Positions 34,501 to 45,441 are shown, numbered from the stretch's first letter. The stretch: 64,000 nucleotides of DNA from an uncultured delta proteobacterium (GCA_963771465.1 CAVYTU010000014.1:1096598-1160597); one strand, 5' to 3'. Notes: generated from the sequence alone by a model not told the origin. Numbers and translations are program-made.

Positions 34501-35439
34501 ATGGAGTATCGCCAATTGGGCAATTCCGGTGTCCGTGTATCCGTGGTCGGATTGGGCACCAATCGTTTCGGTGCGGCCGACGTGCCGCAAGCCGAGGTCA
34601 ATAAGATCATCGACGCCGCGCTCGACGCCGGTGTGAACTTCTTGGACTCGGCGAACGTTTACAACGATGGCCGTTCGGAGGAGACTTTAGGCGTAGCGCT
34701 CAAGGGACGCATGGACAAGGTCGTGATGGCGACCAAGTTCAATTATCCGCGCAAAACCAGCGCCAACAGTTGGGGCGCGTCGCGCTATCACATGATGCAA
34801 GCGGTGGAGCAGAGCTTGCGCCGCTTGCAGTGCGATCATATCGATCTTTACTACTGCCATCGTTGGGATGACACGACGCCCATCGAAGAGACGCTGCGCG
34901 GTTTGGATGATCTGATTCGCATGGGCAAGGTGAATTACATCGGCGCGTCGCTTTACGCTGCGTGGCAATTGGCGCATGCCAACCTGCTCGCGGAGGTGAA
35001 AGGCTGGACACGCTTCGCCGTTTTGCAGTCCGAGTACAATATGCTCAAGCGCGGCGTCGAGCGCGAAATCGTGCCCTATTGCCGGGCGCAAAACGTCGGC
35101 TTGGTGCCGTACTATCCGCTCGCCGGTGGATTTCTCACCGGCAAATATGAATTCGGCAAACCGCCGCCGCCGGGCTCGCGCGGCGAGTCGGTGCGCAACG
35201 TGCAAGAGCTGATGGTTGAGCGCAATTACCACATCGTCACCAAACTGTCCGCGTGGGCCAAGCAACACGGCCGCGGCGTGAACGAATTGGCACAGGCGTG
35301 GTTACTCGCGCAACCGAGGGTTTGCTCGGTCATTACCGGTGCCAAGAAGGTCGAGCATGTCACCAGCAACGTCAAAGCGGCGGACTGGCATTTGAATGCC
35401 GAGCAGTTGAAAGAGATCGACGGGATTTTGAAGGCCTAG
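34501..35439 (+). CDS. Aldo/keto reductase
   Basis: LG.SG.RVS.VGLG, DSANVY, SLRRLQ.DHIDLY, PLAGGFLTGKY. Confidence 0.93.
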   Translation: MEYRQLGNSGVRVSVVGLGTNRFGAADVPQAEVNKIIDAALDAGVNFLDSANVYNDGRSEETLGVALKGRMDKVVMATKFNYPRKTSANSWGASRYHMMQAVEQSLRRLQCDHIDLYYCHRWDDTTPIEETLRGLDDLIRMGKVNYIGASLYAAWQLAHANLLAEVKGWTRFAVLQSEYNMLKRGVEREIVPYCRAQNVGLVPYYPLAGGFLTGKYEFGKPPPPGSRGESVRNVQELMVERNYHIVTKLSAWAKQHGRGVNELAQAWLLAQPRVCSVITGAKKVEHVTSNVKAADWHLNAEQLKEIDGILKA

Positions 35440-35488
35440 AAGATTCGGATTGGGAAATTTACTCGCAGAGAGCGGCAACAGCGCAAAG

Positions 35489-36070
35489 CTAAATCACGAA
35501 CGGCAAAAACAATTGCGCGGAAGCGCTGAATTTTTCGCGCTTCGGTGCTTTCGCCAATTGGCGAATTTCCTGCTCTAACCAGCGGATGTATTGACGCTGG
35601 GTGTGGCGTTTGTCGATGGCGGCGATGCAGAGTTGGCGCACCGATTCGGCATATTCGGGCCAGCGTTCGCGCAGGTTGCGCGGCATTTTAATATAAGTCG
35701 GGGGGTCGTCGCAGAAGATTGGGTCGCGGGCGAGGGTCCAGATGTCGCATTGGGTTTCACCGGCGGGAATTCTATCCGGATCGGTGGCGCGCGACGCGGT
35801 GAGATTGCCGCGGCCCAAACCTTGGGTCAAGTGTGTCAGCTCGTGGCCGATGGTTTGATAAGTGAGCTTGCGCACTTTGAAGCGAATGATCAGGCGCGAA
35901 ATGACTCCTTTGCGATACATCACGGTCGCGCTGCCCAAGTGCTTGCGCGTGTAGCCGATGGTGATCGTCGAATCTTTTAACTCTGGAAAATAACGCAGTG
36001 AGTGCTCGATCATCTCTGCAGCGCGGCGGGTGAGGCGTTGCTTCATCTGCGGGGTGAATTTGAGCTGCAT
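35489..36070 (-). CDS. Hypothetical protein with HExxH zinc-metallopeptidase motif
   Basis: TIGHELTHLTQ followed by E..CD...LAR. Confidence 0.65.
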   Translation of the reverse strand: MQLKFTPQMKQRLTRRAAEMIEHSLRYFPELKDSTITIGYTRKHLGSATVMYRKGVISRLIIRFKVRKLTYQTIGHELTHLTQGLGRGNLTASRATDPDRIPAGETQCDIWTLARDPIFCDDPPTYIKMPRNLRERWPEYAESVRQLCIAAIDKRHTQRQYIRWLEQEIRQLAKAPKREKFSASAQLFLPFVI

Positions 36071-36153
36071 GAACGGTAACTTTGGCGCAGATTCTCCCTA
36101 CCTTGATCCACCGGTCGAGAGTGTCATAATGCTGTCCTTCTCAGGTTGAATTT

Positions 36154-37077
36154 ATGGCAGAGGCAGAAAGTAAGCACAAGGAAAAAAGCGCGGCGCCGTA
36201 TCGCTCGGGCTATATCGCCATCGTCGGGCGGCCCAACGTCGGCAAGTCGACGCTGCTCAATCAAATCCTCGGCGAGAAGGTTGCCATCGTGTCGCCGCGG
36301 CCGCAGACCACGCGCAATCGCATCACGGGCATCCGTACCACCGAGACTTCGCAGATCGTTTTTCTTGACACGCCGGGAATTCATCAGGGTCATACCATGA
36401 TCAACCGGCGCTTGGTCGACACGGCGCTGCAGACACTCGATGAGGTTGACGGGGTCGTCTGGGTGCTCGACGCGCACGATCGGATCAAGCAGGAAGAAGA
36501 ACGGATCGCTGAGACGCTCAGCGGCGTTGAGACGCCGGTGCTGATTCTCATCAATAAGATCGATCTGGTATCCAAGGGCAAGTTGCTGCCGCTGATGGAA
36601 CGCTGCGCACAGTTATTGCCGGAAAAAGAAATCGTGCCGGTGAGCGCGCTCAAGGGCGACGGTGTGCCGATTATCTTAGACATCGTTGAAAAATGGTTGC
36701 CCGAGGGCGAAAAGTTTTTCACCGAAGGCGAGTATACCGACCAAACCGAGCGCTTCTTGGCTTCGGAAATCGTTCGCGAGAAAGTTTTTCTGCTGACTCG
36801 TCAGGAGATTCCCTACGGTGTCGCCGTGACCATCGATGAGTTTACGGAGAAGGAAGATAAGAATCTGATCGTGATCTCGGCGACGATCCACACGGAGCGC
36901 GACTCGCACAAGGGAATTCTCATCGGCAAGCGCGGTGCCATGCTCAAGGAGATCGGCCAGCGGGCGCGCGAGGAGCTGGAAAAAATTTTCGGCTGCCGGA
37001 TATTTCTTGAACTGTTTATCCGCGTCGATCCCGACTGGACGCAGAATCCCAATCTACTCACCGAGATGGGGTTGTGA
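36154..37077 (+). CDS. era: GTPase Era
   Basis: GRPNVGKST, PQTTR, DTPG, NKID, KH domain ILIGKRG. Confidence 0.97.
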   Translation: MAEAESKHKEKSAAPYRSGYIAIVGRPNVGKSTLLNQILGEKVAIVSPRPQTTRNRITGIRTTETSQIVFLDTPGIHQGHTMINRRLVDTALQTLDEVDGVVWVLDAHDRIKQEEERIAETLSGVETPVLILINKIDLVSKGKLLPLMERCAQLLPEKEIVPVSALKGDGVPIILDIVEKWLPEGEKFFTEGEYTDQTERFLASEIVREKVFLLTRQEIPYGVAVTIDEFTEKEDKNLIVISATIHTERDSHKGILIGKRGAMLKEIGQRAREELEKIFGCRIFLELFIRVDPDWTQNPNLLTEMGL

Positions 37078-37124
37078 GAAGCCAGAAGGCGACTAGCCGC
37101 AAAGTACGCAGAAAAGAAAATTAG

Positions 37125-38570
37125 ATGCATCGGACAGCAGCAGCTCCTTCTATAGTCACGCGCCGGTTGCCAGGCAAATTGCCGATTGTCGCCATCGTCG
37201 GACGGCCCAACGTCGGCAAGTCGACCTTGTTTAACCGGCTGGTCGGCGAGCGGCGGGCGATCGTTGACGATCTGCCCGGTGTGACGCGGGATCGGAACTA
37301 CGCCGAGGCCGAGTGGGGCGACCGGAAATTTCTGCTCGTCGACACCGGCGGTCTGGATTCGGACAGCGACGGCGATCTCGAAGCGAGCGTGCAATCGCAG
37401 AGCCGCTTGGCCGTGGCTGAAGCTGACGTCGTGGTGTTTCTGTTCGACGGCAAAGACGGGCTCAATCCGTTGGATCGCGAAGCGGTGGATTTATTGCGCC
37501 GGTCGCAAAAGCCGGTGCTCTACGCGGTCAACAAACTCGACTCGCGCCAGCGCGCCGACAACCTCTATGAGTTTTACGGCCTCGGCATCGAGACGCTCTA
37601 TTCGATCTCGGCCGAACATGGTCTCGGCGTGGGTGAGCTTTTTGATAGTGTGAGTCGGTATTTTCCGCCGCTGCCGGCGAATTTGCTGGGTGACGAATCA
37701 GAAGATGTCGAGCCAGAGGATACCGAGCCGGAAACAAAAACGGTCGAGCCGTTAAGAGTTGCCGTGGTCGGGCGGCCTAACGTCGGCAAGTCGACCTTGA
37801 TCAACCGTTTGCTCGGTTTCGAGCGCTCGGTGGTCGACGCGACGCCGGGCACGACGCGGGATTCTTTGGACACGCCGTTCGAACTGCTTGGCGAGCCGTG
37901 TGTTTTGATCGATACCGCTGGCATTCGCCGTAAGGCGCGCATCGACGACCGCATCGAGCGGTTTAGCGTGAGTCAATCGCTCAAAGCGGTGGAACGCGGC
38001 GATCTGATCATTCATGTGATCGACGGACCGGAAAATGTAACCGATCAAGACGCGCAGATTTTGAGTTATGCGGTGGAGCGCGGCAAAGCGCTGGTTTTGG
38101 CCGTGAATAAATGGGATCTGGTGTCGAAGAATAGCAGCGACGTCCGAAAGTACCGCGAGGAAGTAAACTATCGACTGTCGTTCTTGGACTACGTGCCGAT
38201 AACATTCATCGCCGCGGCCACCGGTTATGGCGTGCGCAAGATGCTCGAAACCAGCGCGCGCGTCGTCAGGGCGTACCGGCATAAAGTTTCGACGTCAAAG
38301 TTGAACCAAGCGCTGCAGCGCATCGTCACGGCCCACACCGTGCCATTGTTTCATGGCAGGTCGGTGAAGTTTTACTATGGCACGCAGACCGGCACACAAC
38401 CGCCCACGTTTACTTTTTTTGTCAACGTTGCCGAGGCCGTGCCGGCGAGCTATCAGACCTATTTAACCGGTCAGCTCAGAGAGCAGCTCGGCTTGGACCA
38501 TGCGCCGTTACGGCTGTTTTTTCGTGCGCGCCGGGAAGCCGCAGCGCCGCGGAAAAGGCCGCGCCGATAA
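37125..38570 (+). CDS. der: Ribosome biogenesis GTPase Der
   Basis: Two G domains (GRPNVGKST x2, GVTRD, GTTRD, DTAGIR); true start may be slightly downstream. Confidence 0.96.
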   Translation: MHRTAAAPSIVTRRLPGKLPIVAIVGRPNVGKSTLFNRLVGERRAIVDDLPGVTRDRNYAEAEWGDRKFLLVDTGGLDSDSDGDLEASVQSQSRLAVAEADVVVFLFDGKDGLNPLDREAVDLLRRSQKPVLYAVNKLDSRQRADNLYEFYGLGIETLYSISAEHGLGVGELFDSVSRYFPPLPANLLGDESEDVEPEDTEPETKTVEPLRVAVVGRPNVGKSTLINRLLGFERSVVDATPGTTRDSLDTPFELLGEPCVLIDTAGIRRKARIDDRIERFSVSQSLKAVERGDLIIHVIDGPENVTDQDAQILSYAVERGKALVLAVNKWDLVSKNSSDVRKYREEVNYRLSFLDYVPITFIAAATGYGVRKMLETSARVVRAYRHKVSTSKLNQALQRIVTAHTVPLFHGRSVKFYYGTQTGTQPPTFTFFVNVAEAVPASYQTYLTGQLREQLGLDHAPLRLFFRARREAAAPRKRPRR

Positions 38571-38863
38571 CGGCGCGACGAGCGCTTGCCATCGACGCGT
38601 TGTCTGCGTCGATGGTTATTCCCTATCCTCGTGGATTTGCCGCGCAGTAGCGCTTTCGCGCTCAATTTCAGAGCAAAAAAAGAAACTTCAATTTGCCAGA
38701 AAGTACCGCAAAAACAATCGTTTCGTCGACCGGCGAGGGGTGAACTCCAAGGCCCTCGGAGTTTCCCTTCTGGTCTTCAGGGATAAATTGCCTTATCATT
38801 TCTACCTTGATTGCTCTGGCCGCCACGGCAACGAGATTTCGCGCCGAGTGTGACAAAGCGTAA

Positions 38864-40030
38864 ATGACTATGGTTGAGGCATCCTTAAATTCACCGGATG
38901 GAATTTCTTCGTCCGTGCCGATGGGCGGAGATTACGCGCCGTGGCTCGCGCTCTGTCGAGTCAACGGTTTGGGCTGTGTGAGTTTCAAAAAACTTGCGGC
39001 GCAATTCGGCGATCCGACCAAAGCCTTTGCGGCGTCCAAGTCGGAGCTTGAAGCGGTCGAAGATCTGCGCGCCGAAGCGATCGATGGCTTGATGCATTTT
39101 GACCAATGGGCCGAAGTCGAGAATGAATTAAAGCGCGTGCGCGCCGCCGGGGTAACTTTAATCCCGTTTAGCGATGCCAATTATCCGGCGCGCTTACGAA
39201 CGATCGCCGATCCGCCGCCAGTGCTTTATGTCAAAGGTGAGTTGCGCGCAGACGACAGCCGAGCCGTGGCGATCGTCGGCTCGCGCAGCGCCAGCGACTA
39301 CGGCCGGCGCGTGGCCCGCGATCTGGCGCGCGGCTTGGCCTCGATGGGATTCACCGTGGTGAGCGGCATGGCGCGCGGTATCGACGGCATGGCGCATGAG
39401 ACGGCGATCAATTGCGGCGGGCGAACGATCGCGATATTGGGCTCCGGCGTTGAACGCGCGTATCCGCCGGAACACGACAAACTTTATCAGCGTATTAGCG
39501 ACCAGGGCGCCGTGCTTTCCGAATTGCCGATCGGCACCCGGCCGATGGCATTTAATTTTCCGGCGCGCAATCGGCTGATCAGCGGCGTGTCTTTGGGCGT
39601 GGTCGTGGTCGAAGCCACCGAGAAGAGCGGCTCGTTGATTACCGCTTCGTTAGCCGTCGACCAGGGGCGCGAAGTGTTCGCCGTGCCGGGTGAAGTCGGC
39701 GCCAGCCGAAGCCGCGGCGCGCACCGCTTGATTCGCCAGGGCGCCAAGCTGGTCGAGAACGTCGAGGACATCCTCGAAGAGATCGCGCCGCAGCTTTTGC
39801 ATCGCGGCGGCGCGGCGAATCCCGCGCCGTTGACTTTGCCGCAAAATGCCGGCGCCGAGGCGCGCAAAATTTTCGCCTTGCTCGAAGCGGGTTCACTGCA
39901 AATCGACGAAGTGATCGAGCGCAGCGGTTTGGTCGCGCAGCGGGTTTTGGAGATTCTCTTGGATTTGGAGTTGCAAGGCTATGTGCAGCAACTGGCGGGC
40001 AAACGATACGCCGCCGAGAGAACCAATTGA
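38864..40030 (+). CDS. dprA: DNA-processing protein DprA
   Basis: AIVGSR, VSGMARGID, FPARNRLISG, SGSLITA, GREVFAVPG. Confidence 0.96.
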   Translation: MTMVEASLNSPDGISSSVPMGGDYAPWLALCRVNGLGCVSFKKLAAQFGDPTKAFAASKSELEAVEDLRAEAIDGLMHFDQWAEVENELKRVRAAGVTLIPFSDANYPARLRTIADPPPVLYVKGELRADDSRAVAIVGSRSASDYGRRVARDLARGLASMGFTVVSGMARGIDGMAHETAINCGGRTIAILGSGVERAYPPEHDKLYQRISDQGAVLSELPIGTRPMAFNFPARNRLISGVSLGVVVVEATEKSGSLITASLAVDQGREVFAVPGEVGASRSRGAHRLIRQGAKLVENVEDILEEIAPQLLHRGGAANPAPLTLPQNAGAEARKIFALLEAGSLQIDEVIERSGLVAQRVLEILLDLELQGYVQQLAGKRYAAERTN

Positions 40031-40064
40031 ATCGATACCTCTGACACATTTAGGAATGAGTTAC

Positions 40065-42380
40065 ATGGCAGCAAAGAATCTAGTCATTGTCGAATCCCCG
40101 GCCAAGGCCAAGACCTTGGAAAAATATTTGGGGCGGGATTTTCAAGTCAAAGCGTCCATCGGCCACGTGGTCGATTTACCCAAGAGCAAGCTCGGTGTCG
40201 ACGTCAAGAAAAACTTCGCGCCGGATTTTACAGTCATTTTATCCAAGAAAAAGGTCATCGACGAGCTTAAAAAGGCCGCCAAAGGCAAGACCAATATTTA
40301 TCTCGCCTCCGATCCGGATCGCGAGGGCGAAGCGATCGCCTGGCATATCGCCGATCAAGTGGTGAAGAATCATAAGCGCGTGCATCGGGTGATGATCAAC
40401 GAGATCACCAAGAAAGCCGTGCAGGAAGCGATCGCCAATCCGCAAGAGCTCGACCGCAACAAATTCGACGCGCAAGTGGCGCGCCGCGTGCTCGACCGCT
40501 TGGTCGGCTACAAGATAAGCCCGATTCTATGGACCAAAGTGCGGCGCGGCCTGAGCGCCGGGCGGGTGCAGTCGGTGGCGGTGCGCCTGGTCTGCGAACG
40601 GGAAAAGGAAGTGCGCGCCTTCGAGCCGGTCGAGTATTGGTCGTTGACGGCGTTGCTGGAAGGTCATCTACCGCCTTCGTTCAAAGCTAAGCTGGCGCAG
40701 TGGCAGGGCCAGAAGGTCGACAATAAGAAGTTCCGCCTTGAGACTGAAAACAGCGTTCAGGAAATTCTCAAATCCCTCGAAAATGCGCCGTGGGTCATCG
40801 GCGAGGTCGAGAAAAAAGAACGGCGCCGATTTCCAACGCCGCCCTTTGTCACCAGCAAGTTGCAACAGGAAGCGTCGCGCAAATTGGGCTTTCAGCCCAA
40901 GCGCACCATGCAGTTGGCGCAGCAACTCTATGAAGGCGTGGAGTTGGGCAGCGAAGGCTCGGTGGGCTTGATCACCTATATGCGTACCGATTCGACGCGC
41001 GTTTCCAACGATGCGCTGACGGCCGTGCGCGGCCATATTCAAACCCAGTACGGCAAAAATTATCTGCCTGATCGGCCGAATACTTTTCGTTCGAAGAAGG
41101 GCGCGCAGGATGCCCACGAGGCGATTCGCCCGACTTCGCTTGATTATTCGCCCGAGCGGGTGCGGCGCTATTTGCGGCGCGACGTGTTTCAGCTCTACTC
41201 GCTGATCTGGGATCGCTTTGTCGCCAGCCAGATGGTGCCGGCGGTGTATGATCAAACCGCTTTCGAGATTCCCGTCAAAGAGGCGCTGTTTCGCGCCACC
41301 GGGCAGCAGGTCAAGTTCGACGGCTTTATGAAGCTCTATACGGAGGGACGCGACGAGCGTACCGCGCAGGCCAACGGCGAAGATGAGGAAGATGATGACG
41401 CGCAGGATTTGGACGGCGTGCTGCCCAACCTGCAGAAGGGCGATATTTTAAAACTCCTATCGATGGAGCCGCGCCAGCATTTTACCCAGCCGCCGCCCCG
41501 TTTCACGCAAGCCTCGCTGATTAAAGAGCTCGACGAGAATGGCATCGGCCGGCCGTCGACCTATGCGGCGATCATCTCGAACATTCTCGATCGCGAGTAT
41601 GTATCGCAAAACGAAAGCCGCCAATTGGTGCCGACCGATTTGGGCTTTTTGGTGACCGACTTACTCGTCGAGAGTTTTCCCGACATTCTCAACGTCGAGT
41701 TTACCGCCGGGATGGAAAACGACCTCGACAAGATCGAGGACGGCAAAGAGAAGTGGACCAAGACGATGAAGCGCTTCTACACGCCGTTCGAGCGCGATCT
41801 CAAGAAAGCCGCCAAAGAGATGCGCGATGTCAAACGGCAAGAGGTGCCGACCGATATCGACTGTGAGAAATGCGGCGCCAAAATGGTGATCAAGTGGGGC
41901 CGCAACGGCGAGTTTCTCGCCTGCCCGCAATATCCCGAATGCAAAAGCACCAAGAATTTCAAGCGCGGCAACGAAGGCGAGGTCGAAATCGCAGTCGAAG
42001 AAGAAGTCGACGAGGCGTGCGAGAAATGCGGCCGGCCGATGCTCTTGCGCTTCGGTAAGTTCGGCAAATTTCTCGGCTGCAGCGGTTACCCCGAATGCAA
42101 AAATATTCAGCCGCTGCAAAAACCGGTGGATTTGGGCATCAAGTGTCCCGAGTGTAAGGAAGGGAACATTAAAGAGCGCAAATCACGCTGGGGCAAAATG
42201 TTCTACGGCTGCGACAAGTATCCCGAATGCAAGTTCGCTTCGTGGGACAAGCCGTTGCCGACGCCGTGCCCGGACTGCGATAGCCCGATCCTGGTGGAGA
42301 AAATTCTCAAACGGACCGGCCGCACGCACCGTTGTTACAAGAAAGAGTGCGGCTACTCGATCCAGGTCGTGGAGCAATAG
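40065..42380 (+). CDS. topA: DNA topoisomerase I
   Basis: LVIVESPAKAK, DPDREGE, SAGRVQS, LITYMRTDS, C-terminal zinc ribbons. Confidence 0.97.
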   Translation: MAAKNLVIVESPAKAKTLEKYLGRDFQVKASIGHVVDLPKSKLGVDVKKNFAPDFTVILSKKKVIDELKKAAKGKTNIYLASDPDREGEAIAWHIADQVVKNHKRVHRVMINEITKKAVQEAIANPQELDRNKFDAQVARRVLDRLVGYKISPILWTKVRRGLSAGRVQSVAVRLVCEREKEVRAFEPVEYWSLTALLEGHLPPSFKAKLAQWQGQKVDNKKFRLETENSVQEILKSLENAPWVIGEVEKKERRRFPTPPFVTSKLQQEASRKLGFQPKRTMQLAQQLYEGVELGSEGSVGLITYMRTDSTRVSNDALTAVRGHIQTQYGKNYLPDRPNTFRSKKGAQDAHEAIRPTSLDYSPERVRRYLRRDVFQLYSLIWDRFVASQMVPAVYDQTAFEIPVKEALFRATGQQVKFDGFMKLYTEGRDERTAQANGEDEEDDDAQDLDGVLPNLQKGDILKLLSMEPRQHFTQPPPRFTQASLIKELDENGIGRPSTYAAIISNILDREYVSQNESRQLVPTDLGFLVTDLLVESFPDILNVEFTAGMENDLDKIEDGKEKWTKTMKRFYTPFERDLKKAAKEMRDVKRQEVPTDIDCEKCGAKMVIKWGRNGEFLACPQYPECKSTKNFKRGNEGEVEIAVEEEVDEACEKCGRPMLLRFGKFGKFLGCSGYPECKNIQPLQKPVDLGIKCPECKEGNIKERKSRWGKMFYGCDKYPECKFASWDKPLPTPCPDCDSPILVEKILKRTGRTHRCYKKECGYSIQVVEQ

Positions 42381-42524
42381 CGTCGAGAGCGCCGCTTCGT
42401 TCGTTCGCAGATTGCTTGCAAAGACTTTCGCTCCACGGTAGAGATTCCGCTGGCCGTGTTCGTGCCTCGTGTCTGTAGGACGAGCACGATTATGGGCACG
42501 GCGGATAAATTTCACTATCGATCC

Positions 42525-43952
42525 ATGGATAACTTGGTGCGCATAATCGGCGGCGGCTTGGCCGGCACCGAAGCGGCATGGCAGTTGGCGCGCCGGGGGA
42601 TCGCCGTGGAACTGTTCGAGATGCGGCCATTGCGCCGCACCGAAGCGCACGCGAGCGATGACCTCGCTGAGGTCGTGTGCAGCAATTCGCTCCGATCTGA
42701 TTCCTTATCCGCTCCCGCGGGTTTGCTCAAGGCGGAGATGCGCCAGCTCAACTCCCTGATTATTCGAACAGCCGAAACGCATCGCGTACCCGCCGGTTCC
42801 GCTCTGGCGGTCGATCGCGCTGCGTTCGCGCGCGGCGTAACTCAAGCGATCGAAGCTTTGCCCAAAGTCCAGGTTATTCGCCACGAAGTTGAATCGATAC
42901 CTGATGACGGCATCGTCATTGTCGCCACCGGGCCGCTGACTTCGCCGGCGTTATCGCGCGCATTGACCGCTCAATTGGGCGAAGAGCATTTGTATTTTTA
43001 TGACGCGATTTCGCCCATCGTTACCGCCGAGTCGATCGATATGAACCTAGCCTATCGCGCGGCGCGTTACGGCAAGGGCGGCGATGACTATATCAATTTG
43101 CCGCTGACGCAAGCGGAGTACTATCGTTTCATCGACGCGCTAGTCGCCGCCGAGCGAGTGGCGACCCATAGCTTCGAGCGCTTTGTCCCGTTCGAAGGCT
43201 GCATGCCGATCGAGGAGATGGCCGACCGCGGCAAGGAAACTCTCGCCTTCGGACCCATGCGCGCCGTGGGTCTGATCGATCCGAGCACCGGCAGGCGGCC
43301 CTACGCGGTGGTGCAGCTGCGCCAGGAAAATCGCGCAAGCACGCTCTACAATTTGGTCGGCTTTCAAACCAAAATGACTTATGCCGAACAGCGCAAGGTT
43401 TTGGCGCTGATTCCCGGCTTGGCCAACGCCGAGTTCGTTCGGCTTGGGAGTTTGCACCGCAATACGTTTATCAACGCGCCGCAGCATCTATTGCCGACGC
43501 TTCAATGGCGCCAACGCCAGTCGCTATTTTTCGCCGGACAGATGACCGGCGTCGAAGGTTATATCGAATCCGCCGCCACCGGCCTGCTCGCTGGCATCAA
43601 TGCCGCGAATTTAGTTTTCGGCAAAGCGCCGGTGGTGCCGCCGCTGACCACCGCGCTGGGCGCTTTGCTGGGTTACATTAGCGATTCCGAGCGCAAACGT
43701 TTTCAGCCGATGAATGTGAACTTCGGTTTGATCTCGCCGCTATCTGTTGGTCTACGCGGCAAGGCGAAAAAAGAGATGTTGTCGCGCCGCGCGCTGGCGG
43801 ACATGGCGGCGTGGCTGAGCGAATTGGACGGCGGCGCTAAGGGCGCTGATGCCAATGACCTTGTAAGCGTGGAGACACTAGGCCGAATTCACGGCGAAAC
43901 TTCGGTCGAGATGCAACCTTTGCGGAACGACGGCAAAGCAGTTGTGCCGTGA
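42525..43952 (+). CDS. trmFO: Folate/FAD-dependent tRNA m5U54 methyltransferase
   Basis: GGGLAGTEAAWQ, VCSNS, VPAG.ALAVDR, YDAISP, NLVGFQT, FQPMNVNFG. Confidence 0.96.
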   Translation: MDNLVRIIGGGLAGTEAAWQLARRGIAVELFEMRPLRRTEAHASDDLAEVVCSNSLRSDSLSAPAGLLKAEMRQLNSLIIRTAETHRVPAGSALAVDRAAFARGVTQAIEALPKVQVIRHEVESIPDDGIVIVATGPLTSPALSRALTAQLGEEHLYFYDAISPIVTAESIDMNLAYRAARYGKGGDDYINLPLTQAEYYRFIDALVAAERVATHSFERFVPFEGCMPIEEMADRGKETLAFGPMRAVGLIDPSTGRRPYAVVQLRQENRASTLYNLVGFQTKMTYAEQRKVLALIPGLANAEFVRLGSLHRNTFINAPQHLLPTLQWRQRQSLFFAGQMTGVEGYIESAATGLLAGINAANLVFGKAPVVPPLTTALGALLGYISDSERKRFQPMNVNFGLISPLSVGLRGKAKKEMLSRRALADMAAWLSELDGGAKGADANDLVSVETLGRIHGETSVEMQPLRNDGKAVVP

Positions 43953-44136
43953 AGATGGCAGCGAGATAAGTTGCTTATGAGATTAGCAGCGAAAAGGTTA
44001 AACCTCGTGCCGAGCACAAAATGAAACATTCGCTCTCGTGCCTCTGTTTGACGTTTTGGTTCTCCAGGGTCACACCGCGATCGGCGCAGCGCCGCGAGAT
44101 TTCCTCTTAGCATGAATAATCCGGGATAGCATTGCG

Positions 44137-45072
44137 ATGAGCCCGCGGCGCAGCGCATTCATCGACGTCGGCACCAACACAGTTCTCTGTCTCATCGCCG
44201 ACATTCGAGAGACCGGCCGCTTCAGAGTGCTCGCCGATCTCGCCGACATTTCTCGCCTCGGTCAAGGGGTCGATCGCACGCGCCGGATCAGCGCCGAAGG
44301 CGAACAGCGCACCCTCGAAATCCTCGAACGTTATCGCGATCACTGCCAGAGCCTGGGCGTTGAAGAGGTCTTTGCGGTCGGTACCAGCGCCCTGCGCGAC
44401 GCGGAGAACCGCGCCGAGGTGCGCGCGCGTTTGCACACCAAACTCGGCTTCGAGATTCGCGTCATCTCGGGCGCCGAAGAAGCGACCTATTCATTTCTAG
44501 CGGTGACGCGCGGCCTGGCGCTCACCGGCAGGGAACTTCTCGTGATCGACATCGGCGGCGGCAGCAGTGAATTTATCCGCGGCAACGACGCCGGCGTTTC
44601 TCAAGTGCTCAGCGTCGACGTCGGTTCGGTGCGTTTGACCGAACGCTTTCTTCACGCCGATCCGGTGCGCGGTGACGAAGTCGCAGCGATGCTGGCCGCC
44701 ATTGACCGTGGGCTTGCGCCGGTCATGGCTAGCTTGGCCAGCACCAACGCGGCGCTGACTCTGGTTGGCATCGCCGGCAGTTTCACGACCGTGGCGGCGA
44801 TCGAGAAGCGTCTAGTGAATTACTCCCATAGCCAGGTGCACGGCAGCCGACTCAGCCTCGGCGAAGTGCGCCGGCAGATTCAGCTCTTTCGTGAAAAGAC
44901 TATAGAGGAGCGTAAGCAGATCGCCGGTCTCGAAGCCAAGCGCGCCGATGTCATTTTTGCCGGCGCCTGCTTGATCGAACGGATCATGACGTTGTTCCAC
45001 GCGGAGAGCGTCGTCGTGAGCGATCAGGGTGTGCGTTACGGTTTGTTGCACGAGCGCGCGCAATCGCTCTAA
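44137..45072 (+). CDS. Ppx/GppA family phosphatase (short form)
   Basis: IDVGTNT, GTSALRDA.N, ISG.EEA, DIGGGSSE, RADVI.AG. Confidence 0.92.
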   Translation: MSPRRSAFIDVGTNTVLCLIADIRETGRFRVLADLADISRLGQGVDRTRRISAEGEQRTLEILERYRDHCQSLGVEEVFAVGTSALRDAENRAEVRARLHTKLGFEIRVISGAEEATYSFLAVTRGLALTGRELLVIDIGGGSSEFIRGNDAGVSQVLSVDVGSVRLTERFLHADPVRGDEVAAMLAAIDRGLAPVMASLASTNAALTLVGIAGSFTTVAAIEKRLVNYSHSQVHGSRLSLGEVRRQIQLFREKTIEERKQIAGLEAKRADVIFAGACLIERIMTLFHAESVVVSDQGVRYGLLHERAQSL

Positions 45073-45171
45073 AGACAAAAAACCAGTTGACATTTTTTCT
45101 TGAATTGGGAATTATCGCGCGTGATATTTTGATTTTGGCAGTAGCTCTTGATCAACGCGGGGTGAAGAAAA

Positions 45172-45441
45172 ATGACTAAGGCAGATTTAGTCGAGACCGT
45201 GGCCAAGGTGGCGCAAATCAACAAGCGCACAGCCGGTGAAGCGGTGGATGCGACGTTCGATGGAATTATCAAGGCGATCAAGAAGGGCAAACGATTTCAA
45301 GTTCCCGGTTTTGGCACTTTCACGGTGCGCGCGCGTAAGGCGCGTAAAGGGATCAATCCCCAGACCGGCGACGTGATCACCATCAACGCGAGCCGGACCG
45401 TCGCTTTCAAACCGGCGCCGGACTTGAAAAAAGTATTGTAA
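45172..45441 (+). CDS. hup: DNA-binding protein HU
   Basis: MTKADLV, GFGTF...RKARKGINPQTG. Confidence 0.95.
   Translation: MTKADLVETVAKVAQINKRTAGEAVDATFDGIIKAIKKGKRFQVPGFGTFTVRARKARKGINPQTGDVITINASRTVAFKPAPDLKKVL

Noticed and set aside
43953-44136. Expected xerC after dprA-topA-trmFO
   Set aside because: No tyrosine recombinase sequence or relic is recognisable; simple absence is weak evidence of anything.
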